From Moorellales bacterium (GTDB taxonomy: Bacteria; Bacillota; DSM-521; Neomoorellales; SLTJ01), in assembly GCA_049719955.1 (NCBI GenBank), contig JBNARC010000002.1:77626-141625 (forward strand): a DNA stretch of 64,000 nucleotides, in the 5' to 3' direction. This document shows, piece by piece, positions 18,586 through 27,380 of the stretch. Numbering within the stretch: position 1 is the stretch's first letter; every line of letters begins with the position of its first letter. Position numbers and translations under genes: made by a program. A model generated the notes under the pieces. It saw nothing but the letters and a program-made list of their open reading frames with translations. It made no database searches and was not told the origin of the DNA.

Positions 18586-19560
18586 CTACGGTAAGGGCCG
18601 CATCCCGGTCAGTTCCCGATACTCTTGAGCGGTCATCGGTTCCCTACCCAGCATGCGGGCCACGGCTACGGTTTGCTCCACTGTCTCGCGATTGGATACG
18701 ATTACCGTATCCCGGTGCGGCAGGCGGTAAATGGTATCCTCTTTGCCCACCCGAACGTGACAACCCAAAAGGATGGCCAGGGTCACCAGATAGAAAGACG
18801 CCCTTCCGCAGGCACAGATGGTGACAACGGACCTCTCCTGGCTGCACACGTCCCTGATACGCCTTATCGTGTATAATATGGTTTCCGCCATAGAAAGAGG
18901 GTCCCACATGGGGGCATTGCCGGGCATCCCTGCCAGCACCAGCCAACAGAAGGGCGGTTGCACAATTCCTGGTCGGATCAGCCACCGATAGGTATTGTCT
19001 ACATCTCCGGGATTGTAAACCGCCAGCAGAGGTTTCTTTCCGCAGGCGTGGAGTACTTCCACCGTAGCCTTACAGGTCTGCGGGGGCAGGTAAGATATCG
19101 TATCTCCGAAGAAGGTGGCATGACAGTTAATGGCAGCCGATTCATATAGGTCTTCTACAATGGGCTCCATCATTTCCTCAAAAGTCTCACCGAAAAGAGC
19201 CTCCCCATCTATGTGAACCGCAAACCCGAACCGTTCTCGCAAGGCCCGGACCACTGCTTCCGTCTTCTTGCGATCCCCAGATGGAAAGCCGTTTTCGTCG
19301 CGCACGTGGACGTGGACGGAGCACGCTCCAGCCTCCACGCTTTCAATGGCTTCCCTGATTATTTCCTCTACGGTATACGGTTGATAGGGATTCTGCTGCT
19401 TGGTATAGAAGGCTCCCGTGGGAGCCGCTATTATGGCAATCTTATCCGGTACCTCCCAGGGCGGGTGAGACGCGGTCTCCAGGATGGTGTGCCCGTAGGG
19501 CCGAAAGAAGATGGTCGGAACGTCCCTGTACCGGGAGAAGTCGACGTCGTGCCTCGCCAA
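18586..19560 (-). CDS. Beta-keto acid cleavage enzyme (BKACE / DUF849, 3-keto-5-aminohexanoate cleavage enzyme family)
   Basis: 324 aa. IIAAPTGAFYTKQQNPYQPYTVEEIIREAIESVEAGACSVHVHVRDENG is the family signature. TTG start with GGGAGGG SD. Confidence 0.8.
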   Translation of the reverse strand: MARHDVDFSRYRDVPTIFFRPYGHTILETASHPPWEVPDKIAIIAAPTGAFYTKQQNPYQPYTVEEIIREAIESVEAGACSVHVHVRDENGFPSGDRKKTEAVVRALRERFGFAVHIDGEALFGETFEEMMEPIVEDLYESAAINCHATFFGDTISYLPPQTCKATVEVLHACGKKPLLAVYNPGDVDNTYRWLIRPGIVQPPFCWLVLAGMPGNAPMWDPLSMAETILYTIRRIRDVCSQERSVVTICACGRASFYLVTLAILLGCHVRVGKEDTIYRLPHRDTVIVSNRETVEQTVAVARMLGREPMTAQEYRELTGMRPLP

Positions 19561-19594
19561 GGTCTAATCCCTCCCGTGCCCATTTCTCACGAGG

Positions 19595-19645
19595 CTAGTA
19601 GTGTCTGGCGCCGCCCTCGACGTTGATACTCTGTCCGGTTATAAA
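19595..19645 (-). pseudogene. Orphan 3' stub of an SDR gene (last 16 codons plus stop)
   Basis: Minus-strand FITGQSINVEGGARHY* against FITGQNINVEGGARHY* at the end of the intact SDR 20147..20914. No upstream SDR reading frame. Confidence 0.6.
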
Positions 19646-19767
19646 CCGCCGCCATGTACCGCCGTCCAAAGGACAGTACCAAGTGGGCAGTATGGTCACG
19701 AAAGCCGCCTGAAGGCCCTGAATTAATTATAGCCCTTCAATATAAATTAAGAATATCGGGGAAGTAT

Positions 19768-20007
19768 AAAAAATAACAAGCGACCTTGTCACAGCCGAAC
19801 AATCGCGGTGGAGCCGGTATTCGGGCAGATCAAGCAAGGCCGGGGCCTTGGCCAGTTCCCCTACGGGGCCTGGAGAAGGTACGCTCGTCCTGGCGTTTCG
19901 ATTGCGCGGTACACAACCTGATCAAGCTGTTCCGGGCGGGGGTGTGGGGTAAGGGTCTGAAAGGGGTCACCCCAAATCCCTGCCTTAACCACCGGTGTGA
20001 AGGATAG
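19768..20007 (+). mobile_element. Decayed C-terminal remnant of an IS1182/IS5-type DDE transposase (N-terminally truncated and frameshifted)
   Basis: One frame reads ..IAVEPVFGQIKQGRGLGQF. A second frame (track ORF 19786..20007) reads LRGLEKVRSSWRFDCAVHNLIKLFRAG. Together they form the conserved transposase C-terminus, broken by a frameshift near 19856. Confidence 0.65.
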
Positions 20008-20146
20008 CTACAATATACGGTTATCAAAGACCGGTTTCTCTGGGCCAACCGATTACTAACACAGGCTGCTAGAAGCCCTTCTGGCCACCGTTTTCCGCTT
20101 CGCGGTCGGCGGTGGCGTTGAGTTGGGTGGCGCCCAGCGGCACACG

Positions 20147-20914
20147 CTAGTAATGGCGGGCACCGCCCTCTACGTTGATGTTCTGTCCGGTTATGAACCC
20201 ACTATCGTCCGAGGCCAAGAATACCAACACTCCTTCCAAATCCTCGGGCTCCATAGGACGCTTGAAGATGCGCTGCTCCATAGCCACCTTGTAGATAAAC
20301 TCCATTTCGGCCGGGTCGCTGGCAAGCCCCTTGGCCGCCTCGGTCATAGTGAACCCCGGCGTAATGGAGTTCACCCTGATCCCGTACTCTCCCACCTCGC
20401 GAGCCAACGCCCGGGTTAGCGCCCAAATTGCTCCCTTAGAGGCCACATAGTGGCTCAGCAAGGGAGCGCCCTCGATGATGGTGGCGGAGGAAATATTGAT
20501 GATTACCCCTCCACCCTGTTTTTTCATCTGCGGCACTACCGCCCGGCAACAGTTCCAGACCCCCTTCACGTTTACGGCGAAGACCGCGTCCCACTCTTCC
20601 TCCGGGATCGCGTCGAAAGGCTTTAGTTTAAGCCCTCCCAAAAAGGCCGCGTTGTTTACCAAAATGTCGATACGGCCGAACGCGCCCACGGTTTCTTCCG
20701 CCATTTGCTTCACCCGGTCGAATCGGGTTACGTCTACCTGTATACCCAGTACTTCACTCCCCTGAGCTTTGAGCAGGTCTACGGTGCCACCCGGGTCGAG
20801 AATATCGGCCACCACCACCCTGGCGCCCTCCCGACCCAGGCGCCGTGCGAACACCCGGCCGATCCCGCGAGCCGCGCCCGTAACTATGGCCACCCGGCCC
20901 TCCAACCCCGGCAC
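20147..20914 (-). CDS. Short-chain dehydrogenase/reductase (FabG-like)
   Basis: 255 aa. VAIVTGAARGIG, NNAA, and Y..ASK catalytic pattern (SHYVASKGA). Confidence 0.9.
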   Translation of the reverse strand: MPGLEGRVAIVTGAARGIGRVFARRLGREGARVVVADILDPGGTVDLLKAQGSEVLGIQVDVTRFDRVKQMAEETVGAFGRIDILVNNAAFLGGLKLKPFDAIPEEEWDAVFAVNVKGVWNCCRAVVPQMKKQGGGVIINISSATIIEGAPLLSHYVASKGAIWALTRALAREVGEYGIRVNSITPGFTMTEAAKGLASDPAEMEFIYKVAMEQRIFKRPMEPEDLEGVLVFLASDDSGFITGQNINVEGGARHY

Positions 20915-20969
20915 GACCCTGTCACCTCTTTCTATGAGGAGTAACTTTCCTCCCGCGAACTACTCCCTG

Positions 20970-22463
20970 TCAGCTCAACCCGGAGGAAAGCGAAGACCCA
21001 GCCGCCCTATGGCCCCGAGCGAACCGTCCCCTTTCGCCCGGCAGAGCCAAGGTAAGGCCCACTCCCAGTATCAGGGAAACAATCAGGCTAAAGTACGGGA
21101 CGCCAAACCACTCCGGAGCGCCCAGCGCTTTGGGTAAACCCGTATACTGCCACACAAAGGAAAGGACGAGGGTCGGCAACATAGTCCAGAAGGCAGCCTG
21201 GGGAGTCCTCTTCCAGAACAGACCGATCACCATCATCACAAACATGGGTATGGCCAAGGCGAAGACGAACAGCCCGGTGAGCAGTATGTGCGGCAGGAAG
21301 TACGCGGGTATTAAGGTAGCCACCCCCGGAACGATAATTAGAAGCCGCCCCAGCCACGGTATGAGGCTCTCTTTGTCTTCCCGGCGCGAGAAACGCAGGT
21401 AGAAATCATTGATCAGGATCTGGCTAATGCCCATAGAAAAACGAGCCCACGTAGACAGCACTATGACCAGGAAGGCGGCCAGCAGTATACCGGCCACAAG
21501 AGTAGGCAGGTAGGTAAGAAGCATGGCTACCCCGGCGCTCTTCGGCCCGTAACCGGCAAACTCCGGCAGGGCCATGGCCGCCAGGCCGAAGCTGATGGTG
21601 AAGAAGGCAAACGGGACGTTGAACAGTATGGAAATGAAAAAGGCGTTACGGGCGCTCCTGGTATCCTGAGCCGAGAGGGCGTACTGCATCATCCCCTGGT
21701 CGATGGAATCCGAACAGACCACGGCGATGACGATCGCAAAGGCAAACCCCAGAAGCAGCATGGGATCGGCCGGCCAGAAGCTAAGCATGGTAGAAGCTCC
21801 TTTTGCAAGGTAGGTGGCCTCTACCCCCGCCCAGCCCTGAGGCAGCCGGGCGCTGACCAGGATGAAACCCAGAACTATCACCGCGTAGGTCAGAATGGTG
21901 TTAATGAAATTGAGATAGGCCACCTGCCACATGCCCGAGATCAACATATATGAGGCGGCGCATACCAGGAAAAGAAACAGCGCCAGCCGCACGTCCACCC
22001 CGGTTATGCCCGCCAACACCACGCCGCCGCCCTGGGTTTCCAAGGATAGGATCCCCCACGCGATAAACAGGCCTATGAGCGACGCTACCACTCTGGACCG
22101 GCCGTCGAATAGCTCACCGATAATCTGCGGTACGGTATTGGCGCCCAAACGACGATAAAAAGGCGCGAGAAAAGCACCCGATACCGCCTTCACCACTCCC
22201 GCTGCTACCGAAAACCAAAGCGCTACCAATCCTAAGGTTCCACCGGATTCCATCAACCCCACGGTGTGAAGAGATCCAATGCCTGCCAGGGCAATGGTTA
22301 TCCCACCCAACCAGGGACCGAGCGACTTATCGGCAAAAAGAAAGCTTTCCCCGGTGCGGCCGAGCTGCCGTCTGGCCAGATACACGCCGATCCCTACCGA
22401 TACCAGCAGCACGTAAACAATAGCTATCACCAGGATGTCCCACTTGAAGCCCACCGCGCACAC
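20970..22463 (-). CDS. Sodium:solute symporter family transporter (second copy)
   Basis: 497 aa polytopic. The likely true start is the GTG 9 nt inside (AAGGAGG SD). Confidence 0.85.
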   Translation of the reverse strand: MCAVGFKWDILVIAIVYVLLVSVGIGVYLARRQLGRTGESFLFADKSLGPWLGGITIALAGIGSLHTVGLMESGGTLGLVALWFSVAAGVVKAVSGAFLAPFYRRLGANTVPQIIGELFDGRSRVVASLIGLFIAWGILSLETQGGGVVLAGITGVDVRLALFLFLVCAASYMLISGMWQVAYLNFINTILTYAVIVLGFILVSARLPQGWAGVEATYLAKGASTMLSFWPADPMLLLGFAFAIVIAVVCSDSIDQGMMQYALSAQDTRSARNAFFISILFNVPFAFFTISFGLAAMALPEFAGYGPKSAGVAMLLTYLPTLVAGILLAAFLVIVLSTWARFSMGISQILINDFYLRFSRREDKESLIPWLGRLLIIVPGVATLIPAYFLPHILLTGLFVFALAIPMFVMMVIGLFWKRTPQAAFWTMLPTLVLSFVWQYTGLPKALGAPEWFGVPYFSLIVSLILGVGLTLALPGERGRFARGHRAAGSSLSSGLS

Positions 22464-22484
22464 CTCCTTAGCCGGCCGGGCCGA

Positions 22485-22583
22485 CTAGACTTCTTTGGGC
22501 ATAAGCAGATAACAGACGAGGGTAACCACACCCACTATAACCCACTGCCACACCACCGCTTTGAGAATAAACAGCACCCCCAT
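22485..22583 (-). CDS. Micro-ORF, 32-aa single-pass membrane peptide upstream of the second symporter
   Basis: Below the ORF-track cutoff. GGGAGGGAGGG SD. MGVLFILKAVVWQWVIVGVVTLVCYLLMPKEV. Stop lies 21 nt before the symporter ORF-track start (30 nt before the internal GTG). Confidence 0.45.
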   Translation of the reverse strand: MGVLFILKAVVWQWVIVGVVTLVCYLLMPKEV

Positions 22584-22652
22584 CCCTCCCTCCCGAATTC
22601 CGTACCCGGCCCGCTTCGGTACCGCCTCCGTCACGAGCCACCTCTGCCGAGC

Positions 22653-23399
22653 TCAATGAACCGTATAGCCACCATCCACGTAAAGGCAAGCTCCGGTGAT
22701 AAACGACGCTTCGTCCGAGGCCAGGAACAGGCAAGCATAGGCTACTTCTATGGGCTCTCCCAGCCGTCCGAGCGGGTGCAGCGGTATAATGGTATCCAGC
22801 GCGTCCTTCATAGGTCCTTCCAGGGTCAACGGCGTACGGATAAAGGCCGGGCACACCGCGTTGGCGCGGATGTTGTCCTTGGCGTAGTCAAGCGCTATGC
22901 TCTTGGTCAGCATGACCACCCCGCCCTTCGACGCCGCGTAGGCGGCCAGACCGGGAATCGCCACCTGAGCCGCTATCGAGGCCAGGTTCACGATACTGCC
23001 TCCCCCACTCCGCTTCATGAAGGGAAGGGCATGCTTACAACAGAGGTATATGCCTTTTAGATTGGTACCGACGACGTAGTTCCAACGCTGTTCCTCCAGT
23101 TCTCCCACCGGCGCGGCCTCGGCCACCCCGGCGGAGTTGACCAGGACGTCCAGCCGAGAGAACCGGCCAAACGCCTGCTCCATCAGGGATCTCACCTGTT
23201 CCTCCTGGGTTACATCCGCCTCCATGAACACCGCCGTTCCTCCGGCCCGCCCGATCTCATCCACAACCAGACGACCCGCTTCCTGATTCAGGTCACTGGC
23301 GACTACCTGCGCCCCCTCCCGGGCAAAGAGCAGGGCTACCTCGCGACCGATGCCGCTGGCCGCACCGGTGATCACCGCCACCTTATTCCTCAACCTCAT
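22653..23399 (-). CDS. Short-chain dehydrogenase/reductase
   Basis: 248 aa. VAVITGAASGIG, NSAG, YAASKGG motifs. Confidence 0.9.
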   Translation of the reverse strand: MRLRNKVAVITGAASGIGREVALLFAREGAQVVASDLNQEAGRLVVDEIGRAGGTAVFMEADVTQEEQVRSLMEQAFGRFSRLDVLVNSAGVAEAAPVGELEEQRWNYVVGTNLKGIYLCCKHALPFMKRSGGGSIVNLASIAAQVAIPGLAAYAASKGGVVMLTKSIALDYAKDNIRANAVCPAFIRTPLTLEGPMKDALDTIIPLHPLGRLGEPIEVAYACLFLASDEASFITGACLYVDGGYTVH

Positions 23400-23594
23400 C
23401 CGGTCACCCCCTACGAATTAACCCTCGTGCCGCTGTTCACCTTAAGGCAATATTTCAATTAATTGTAGTTCTTCGGAGATACTTCTAAAACGTCTCCGGT
23501 GTACAAAAAGCGCCGTCGCCGTTGTCGCTCACGAACATACTTGCCTCGTCCGAAGGCAGCAACCGGTCCCAATTTCTCCGGGCCCCAAGTCCTA

Positions 23595-23623
23595 TTGTGC
23601 GACAGAAAGTGACTTGGTAGAAT
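23595..23623 (+). promoter_or_regulatory. Sigma-A-type promoter for the HU gene
   Basis: TTGTGC, 17-nt spacer, TAGAAT, with TGg extended -10. Confidence 0.45.
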
Positions 23624-23676
23624 AGGAAGTGACAGGAAACGTCGGCCGGCCTGCCGGGATCAGGGGGTTGAAAAGT

Positions 23677-23952
23677 GTGAACAAACGGGAGCTTATCGCC
23701 CGCGTAGCTGCGGCCACCGGCTTAGAAAAGAAGGCGGTCCGTACCGGCCTGGAAGCCCTCCTGGCCACCGTCCGGGAAACCTTAGGCCAGGGAGAAAAAG
23801 TGAAGCTGGTGGGCTTCGGCACCTTCCGGACCGCCCACCGCAAGCCACGTCCGGCAGTTAACCTAAAAACCATGGAGAAGGTAATGCTGCCCGCCCGCCG
23901 GGTGGTGACCTTTTCTCCCGGGCTGCCGCTCAAACATAACCTCAACCGCTAG
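23677..23952 (+). CDS. hup: HU/IHF-family nucleoid-associated DNA-binding protein
   Basis: Start set at GTG 23677 (GGGGG SD), giving 91 aa: VNKRELIARVAAATGLEKKAVRTGLEALL...VGFGTFRTAHRKPR. Confidence 0.85.
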   Translation: MNKRELIARVAAATGLEKKAVRTGLEALLATVRETLGQGEKVKLVGFGTFRTAHRKPRPAVNLKTMEKVMLPARRVVTFSPGLPLKHNLNR

Positions 23953-23975
23953 CCATCACCCGGCCGGCCGGCCGC

Positions 23976-25232
23976 CTAACCCCGCACCTGCCCGGACCCG
24001 TACACCACGTACTTGATGGTGGTGAGGGCCTCCAACCCCATGGGCCCCCGGGCGTGAAGTTTCTGGGTGCTGATGCCGATTTCCGCTCCGAACCCGTACT
24101 GGAAACCGTCGGTAAAGCGGGTGGAGGCATTAACATAAACCGCGGCGGCATCCACCTGTTGCAGGAATTGCCGGGCGCGGGAATAACTGTTGGTCACGAT
24201 GGCCTCGGAATGCTTGGTGCCGTAGCGGTTGATGTGCTCGATGGCCTCTTCCAGGCCGTCCACCACCCGCACCGCCAGGATGAGGTCCAGGTATTCGGTG
24301 GCCCAGTCCTCCTCGGTGGCCTCCTTCATGTAGGGCACCAGTTCCCGACTGCGGGGGCACCCGCGCAGTTCCACGCCCAGTTCGCTCAACCGGGCCGAGA
24401 CCTGCGGCAGCCAGGTGGGAGCGATGTCCCGGTGGACTAACAGGGTTTCCATGGCGTTACAGACTCCCGGCCGCTGGGTCTTGGCATTGATTACTATGGC
24501 CGTGGCCATCTCCGGGTCGGCGTCCGCGTCCACGTACACGTGGCAGTTCCCCACTCCGGTCTCGATCACCGGCACGGTAGCGTTCTCTACCACGGTCCGG
24601 ATCAGGCCCGCCCCCCCGCGCGGTATAAGTAAGTCCAGATACTCCCGCATCCGGAGCATCACGTTTACCGCCTCGCGGTCGGTGGTTTCGATGAGCTGGA
24701 TGGCTCCCGGCGGTATGCCTTCCGCCTCCGCCGCCTCGCTGATCACCTTGGTTATGGCCGAGTTGGAGTTTATGGCCTCCGAGCCCCCGCGCAGCAGCAC
24801 CGCGTTGCCGGTCTTAAGGCACAAGCCCGCCGCGTCCACGGTAACGTTGGGCCGGGCCTCGTAAATAATGCCGATCACCCCGATGGGAACCCGCTGCCGA
24901 CCGATCTGCAGGCCGTTGGGCCGGGTCCACATAGAGGTGACCTCCCCTACCGGGTCCGGCAGGGCGGCAATGGCCCGCAGCCCTTCGGCCATCTCCTTCA
25001 CCCGGGCCGGGTTCAGCAGCAGCCGGTCCAGAAGCGCGCGGCTCAACCCCTTTTCCCGGCCGGCGGCCATATCCTTTTCGTTGGCGGCCAGAATCTCGGC
25101 CTCCCTCTCCTCCAGCGCCCGGGCCATGGCCAAAAGGGCCCGGTCCTTCACCTGAGTAGAAAGGCCGGCCAGCAGGTAGGAGGCCTCCTTGGCCCGCCTT
25201 CCCTTGCTCAAGACCTCTTCGGCAACCGACAT
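23976..25232 (-). CDS. proA: Gamma-glutamyl phosphate reductase
   Basis: 418 aa, full-length ProA pattern (..VIGIIYEARPNVTVDAAGLCLKTGNAVLLRGG..). Confidence 0.93.
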   Translation of the reverse strand: MSVAEEVLSKGRRAKEASYLLAGLSTQVKDRALLAMARALEEREAEILAANEKDMAAGREKGLSRALLDRLLLNPARVKEMAEGLRAIAALPDPVGEVTSMWTRPNGLQIGRQRVPIGVIGIIYEARPNVTVDAAGLCLKTGNAVLLRGGSEAINSNSAITKVISEAAEAEGIPPGAIQLIETTDREAVNVMLRMREYLDLLIPRGGAGLIRTVVENATVPVIETGVGNCHVYVDADADPEMATAIVINAKTQRPGVCNAMETLLVHRDIAPTWLPQVSARLSELGVELRGCPRSRELVPYMKEATEEDWATEYLDLILAVRVVDGLEEAIEHINRYGTKHSEAIVTNSYSRARQFLQQVDAAAVYVNASTRFTDGFQYGFGAEIGISTQKLHARGPMGLEALTTIKYVVYGSGQVRG

Positions 25233-25245
25233 GGCTTTCCCCTCC

Positions 25246-26364
25246 TCAAAGCAGACACAGGTTGTCCCGGTGGATTACCTCGTCGTAGTCCTTGTGCCCC
25301 AGGACCCGGGGAATGTCCGCCGACCGGCACCCCTTGATCCGCTCCAGCTCCTGGGCCCCGTAGTTCACAATGCCCCGGGCGATCTCCCTGCCCTGAGGGT
25401 CGCACACGCTCACCACCGCGCCGGCCTCAAACTCGCCCTCCACCCGGGTGAGCCCGGCGGGCAGAAGGCTCTTGCCGGAACGCACCAAAGCCTCCACCGC
25501 CCCGGCGTCCACCCAAAGCCGGCCCTGAACCGGAGGCCCGTAGGCGATCCAGCGCTTGCGGCCGGCCAGGCGGGCCTGATGGGGAAGAAACAGGGTCCCC
25601 ACCTGCTCTCCGGCCAGGGTGCGCTCGATCACCCTTTCTTCTCCGCCGTGGGCAATAACCATGGGGATGCCGGAGTTCATGGCCATATGCGCCGCGGCCA
25701 ACTTGGTTCCCACCCCTCCGGTCCCGAGGGGAGAGGTGCCGGCACCGGCCAGTTGTTCGATCTCGGGGGTGATCTCGGTAACCAAATCCAGGCGCCGGGC
25801 GTCGGCGCAGGTCCGGGGGTTCGCGGTGTAAAGGCCATCGGTGTCGGTGAGCAGCAACAACAGGTCCGCGTCCACCAGCCCGGCCACCAGAGCGGATAGG
25901 GTGTCGTTGTCCCCCACCCGGATTTCCTCCACCGCCACGGTGTCGTTTTCGTTCACGATGGGGATGGCCCGGTAGCGCAGGAGGGTAAGCAGGGTGTGCC
26001 GGGCGTTTAGATAACGGCCCCGGTCGGCCAGGTCCTGACGGGTGAGCAGCACCTGGGCCACCACCTGACCGTACTCAGCGAAAAGTTTCTCGTAAATATG
26101 CATTAGGATGCCCTGACCCACCGCCGCCGCCGCCTGCTTCTCGGGCAGGGTCCGCGGCTTTTTCGTCCACCCCAGCCTTCCCATTCCCGTGCCCACGGCG
26201 CCGGAGGTGACCAGCACCACCTCCCGGCCGCTGTTGGCTACCGCCGCCAGCTCCCTTACCAGGCGCTCCAGGCGAAAGAGGTTTAGCCGGCCGTCGGGGT
26301 AGGCCAGGATACTGGTGCCCACCTTAACTACCAGTCGTTTGGTCTTGGTCAGTGATTCGATCAT
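25246..26364 (-). CDS. proB: Glutamate 5-kinase with PUA domain
   Basis: 372 aa. KRLVVKVGTSIL, VLVTSGAVGTG, C-terminal PUA. Confidence 0.93.
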   Translation of the reverse strand: MIESLTKTKRLVVKVGTSILAYPDGRLNLFRLERLVRELAAVANSGREVVLVTSGAVGTGMGRLGWTKKPRTLPEKQAAAAVGQGILMHIYEKLFAEYGQVVAQVLLTRQDLADRGRYLNARHTLLTLLRYRAIPIVNENDTVAVEEIRVGDNDTLSALVAGLVDADLLLLLTDTDGLYTANPRTCADARRLDLVTEITPEIEQLAGAGTSPLGTGGVGTKLAAAHMAMNSGIPMVIAHGGEERVIERTLAGEQVGTLFLPHQARLAGRKRWIAYGPPVQGRLWVDAGAVEALVRSGKSLLPAGLTRVEGEFEAGAVVSVCDPQGREIARGIVNYGAQELERIKGCRSADIPRVLGHKDYDEVIHRDNLCLL

Positions 26365-27355
26365 GGCCCCGTAACCAGGCGGCCAGGCGGTAGATTAAGG
26401 ACTTCACCCCTTCGCCCGTGGCCGCCGAAAGCGGATGAATTTCAAAGCGTTCGCCCACCGCCGCCCGCAGGCGGGAAAGGTTTTGCTCTGCGGCCGGCAA
26501 ATCAATCTTGTTGGCGGCGATCAGCCGGGGTCGGCGGGCCAGCTCCGGGTTATAAAGGTTAAGCTCCCGGTCCACGGTGGCGAAGGCCTCCTCCACCGGC
26601 GGGCCGGCCTCGCTGCCCACATCGATCACCTGCACCAGCACCCGGGTGCGCTCCACGTGCCGGAGGAACTCGTGCCCCAGCCCCGCGCCGGCGTGCGCCC
26701 CCTCTATTAGTCCGGGAATATCGGCCATGACGAAGCTCTCGCCTTCCTCCACCTTCACCAGGCCCAGGTGCGGCTCCAGGGTGGTGAACGGGTAGTCGGC
26801 AATCTTGGGCCGGGCGTTAGATACCGCCGCCAGCAGGGTGGACTTGCCGGCGTTGGGCAGACCCACCAGCCCCACGTCAGCCAAAAGCTTAAGCTCCAGC
26901 TCCAGCCAGCGCTCCTCTCCCGGCCCGCCCGGTTCCGCCCGCCTCGGCGCCGGGTCCTGGGAAGTGGCCAGCCGGGCGTTACCCCGACCGCCCCGACCGC
27001 CCCGGGCCACCCGCACCACCTGGCCCGGCGCCACCAGGTCGGCCAGAACCTCCCCGGTTTGGGCGTCCTTCACCACCGTTCCCACCGGCACCCGCAGGAA
27101 GAGGTCCTCGCCGTTCGCGCCTCGCTGCTCCTTTCCCCGGCCGTGCTCGCCCCGTCCCGCCTGGTAATGCGTCTTGTACTTGAAGTCCACTAAGGTGCGC
27201 AGTCCCGGGTCGGCCACCAGGTAAACGCTTCCGCCGTCCCCGCCGTCCCCACCGCTGGGCCCCCCTCGGGGTACGTACTTCTCCCGGCGGAAGGCCACTA
27301 TGCCGTTACCGCCGTCGCCGGCCTTAACCCGGATCCTGGCCAGATCGTAAAACAT
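26324..27355 (-). CDS. obg: GTPase Obg (343 aa, no C-terminal OCT domain)
   Basis: Start set at MFYDLARIRVKAGDGGNGIVAFRREKYVP (ATG 27355). GLPNAGKST G1 motif. Ends about 15 aa after the GTPase domain and overlaps proB by 41 nt. Confidence 0.9.
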   Translation of the reverse strand: MFYDLARIRVKAGDGGNGIVAFRREKYVPRGGPSGGDGGDGGSVYLVADPGLRTLVDFKYKTHYQAGRGEHGRGKEQRGANGEDLFLRVPVGTVVKDAQTGEVLADLVAPGQVVRVARGGRGGRGNARLATSQDPAPRRAEPGGPGEERWLELELKLLADVGLVGLPNAGKSTLLAAVSNARPKIADYPFTTLEPHLGLVKVEEGESFVMADIPGLIEGAHAGAGLGHEFLRHVERTRVLVQVIDVGSEAGPPVEEAFATVDRELNLYNPELARRPRLIAANKIDLPAAEQNLSRLRAAVGERFEIHPLSAATGEGVKSLIYRLAAWLRGHDRITDQDQTTGS

Positions 27356-27380
27356 GCTTCGCCGGCCCTCGCCGCCGCCT

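Noticed and set aside
22468-22854. 128-aa track ORF spanning the SDR 3' end and the symporter leader.
   Set aside because: It overlaps the confidently called SDR out of frame, has low-complexity composition, and the 32-aa micro-ORF fits the gap better.
23474-23498. Hairpin CGGAGA-N13-TCTCCG in the island/backbone spacer as a terminator.
   Set aside because: The stem is only 6 bp with a 13-nt loop and no adjacent U-tract on either strand.
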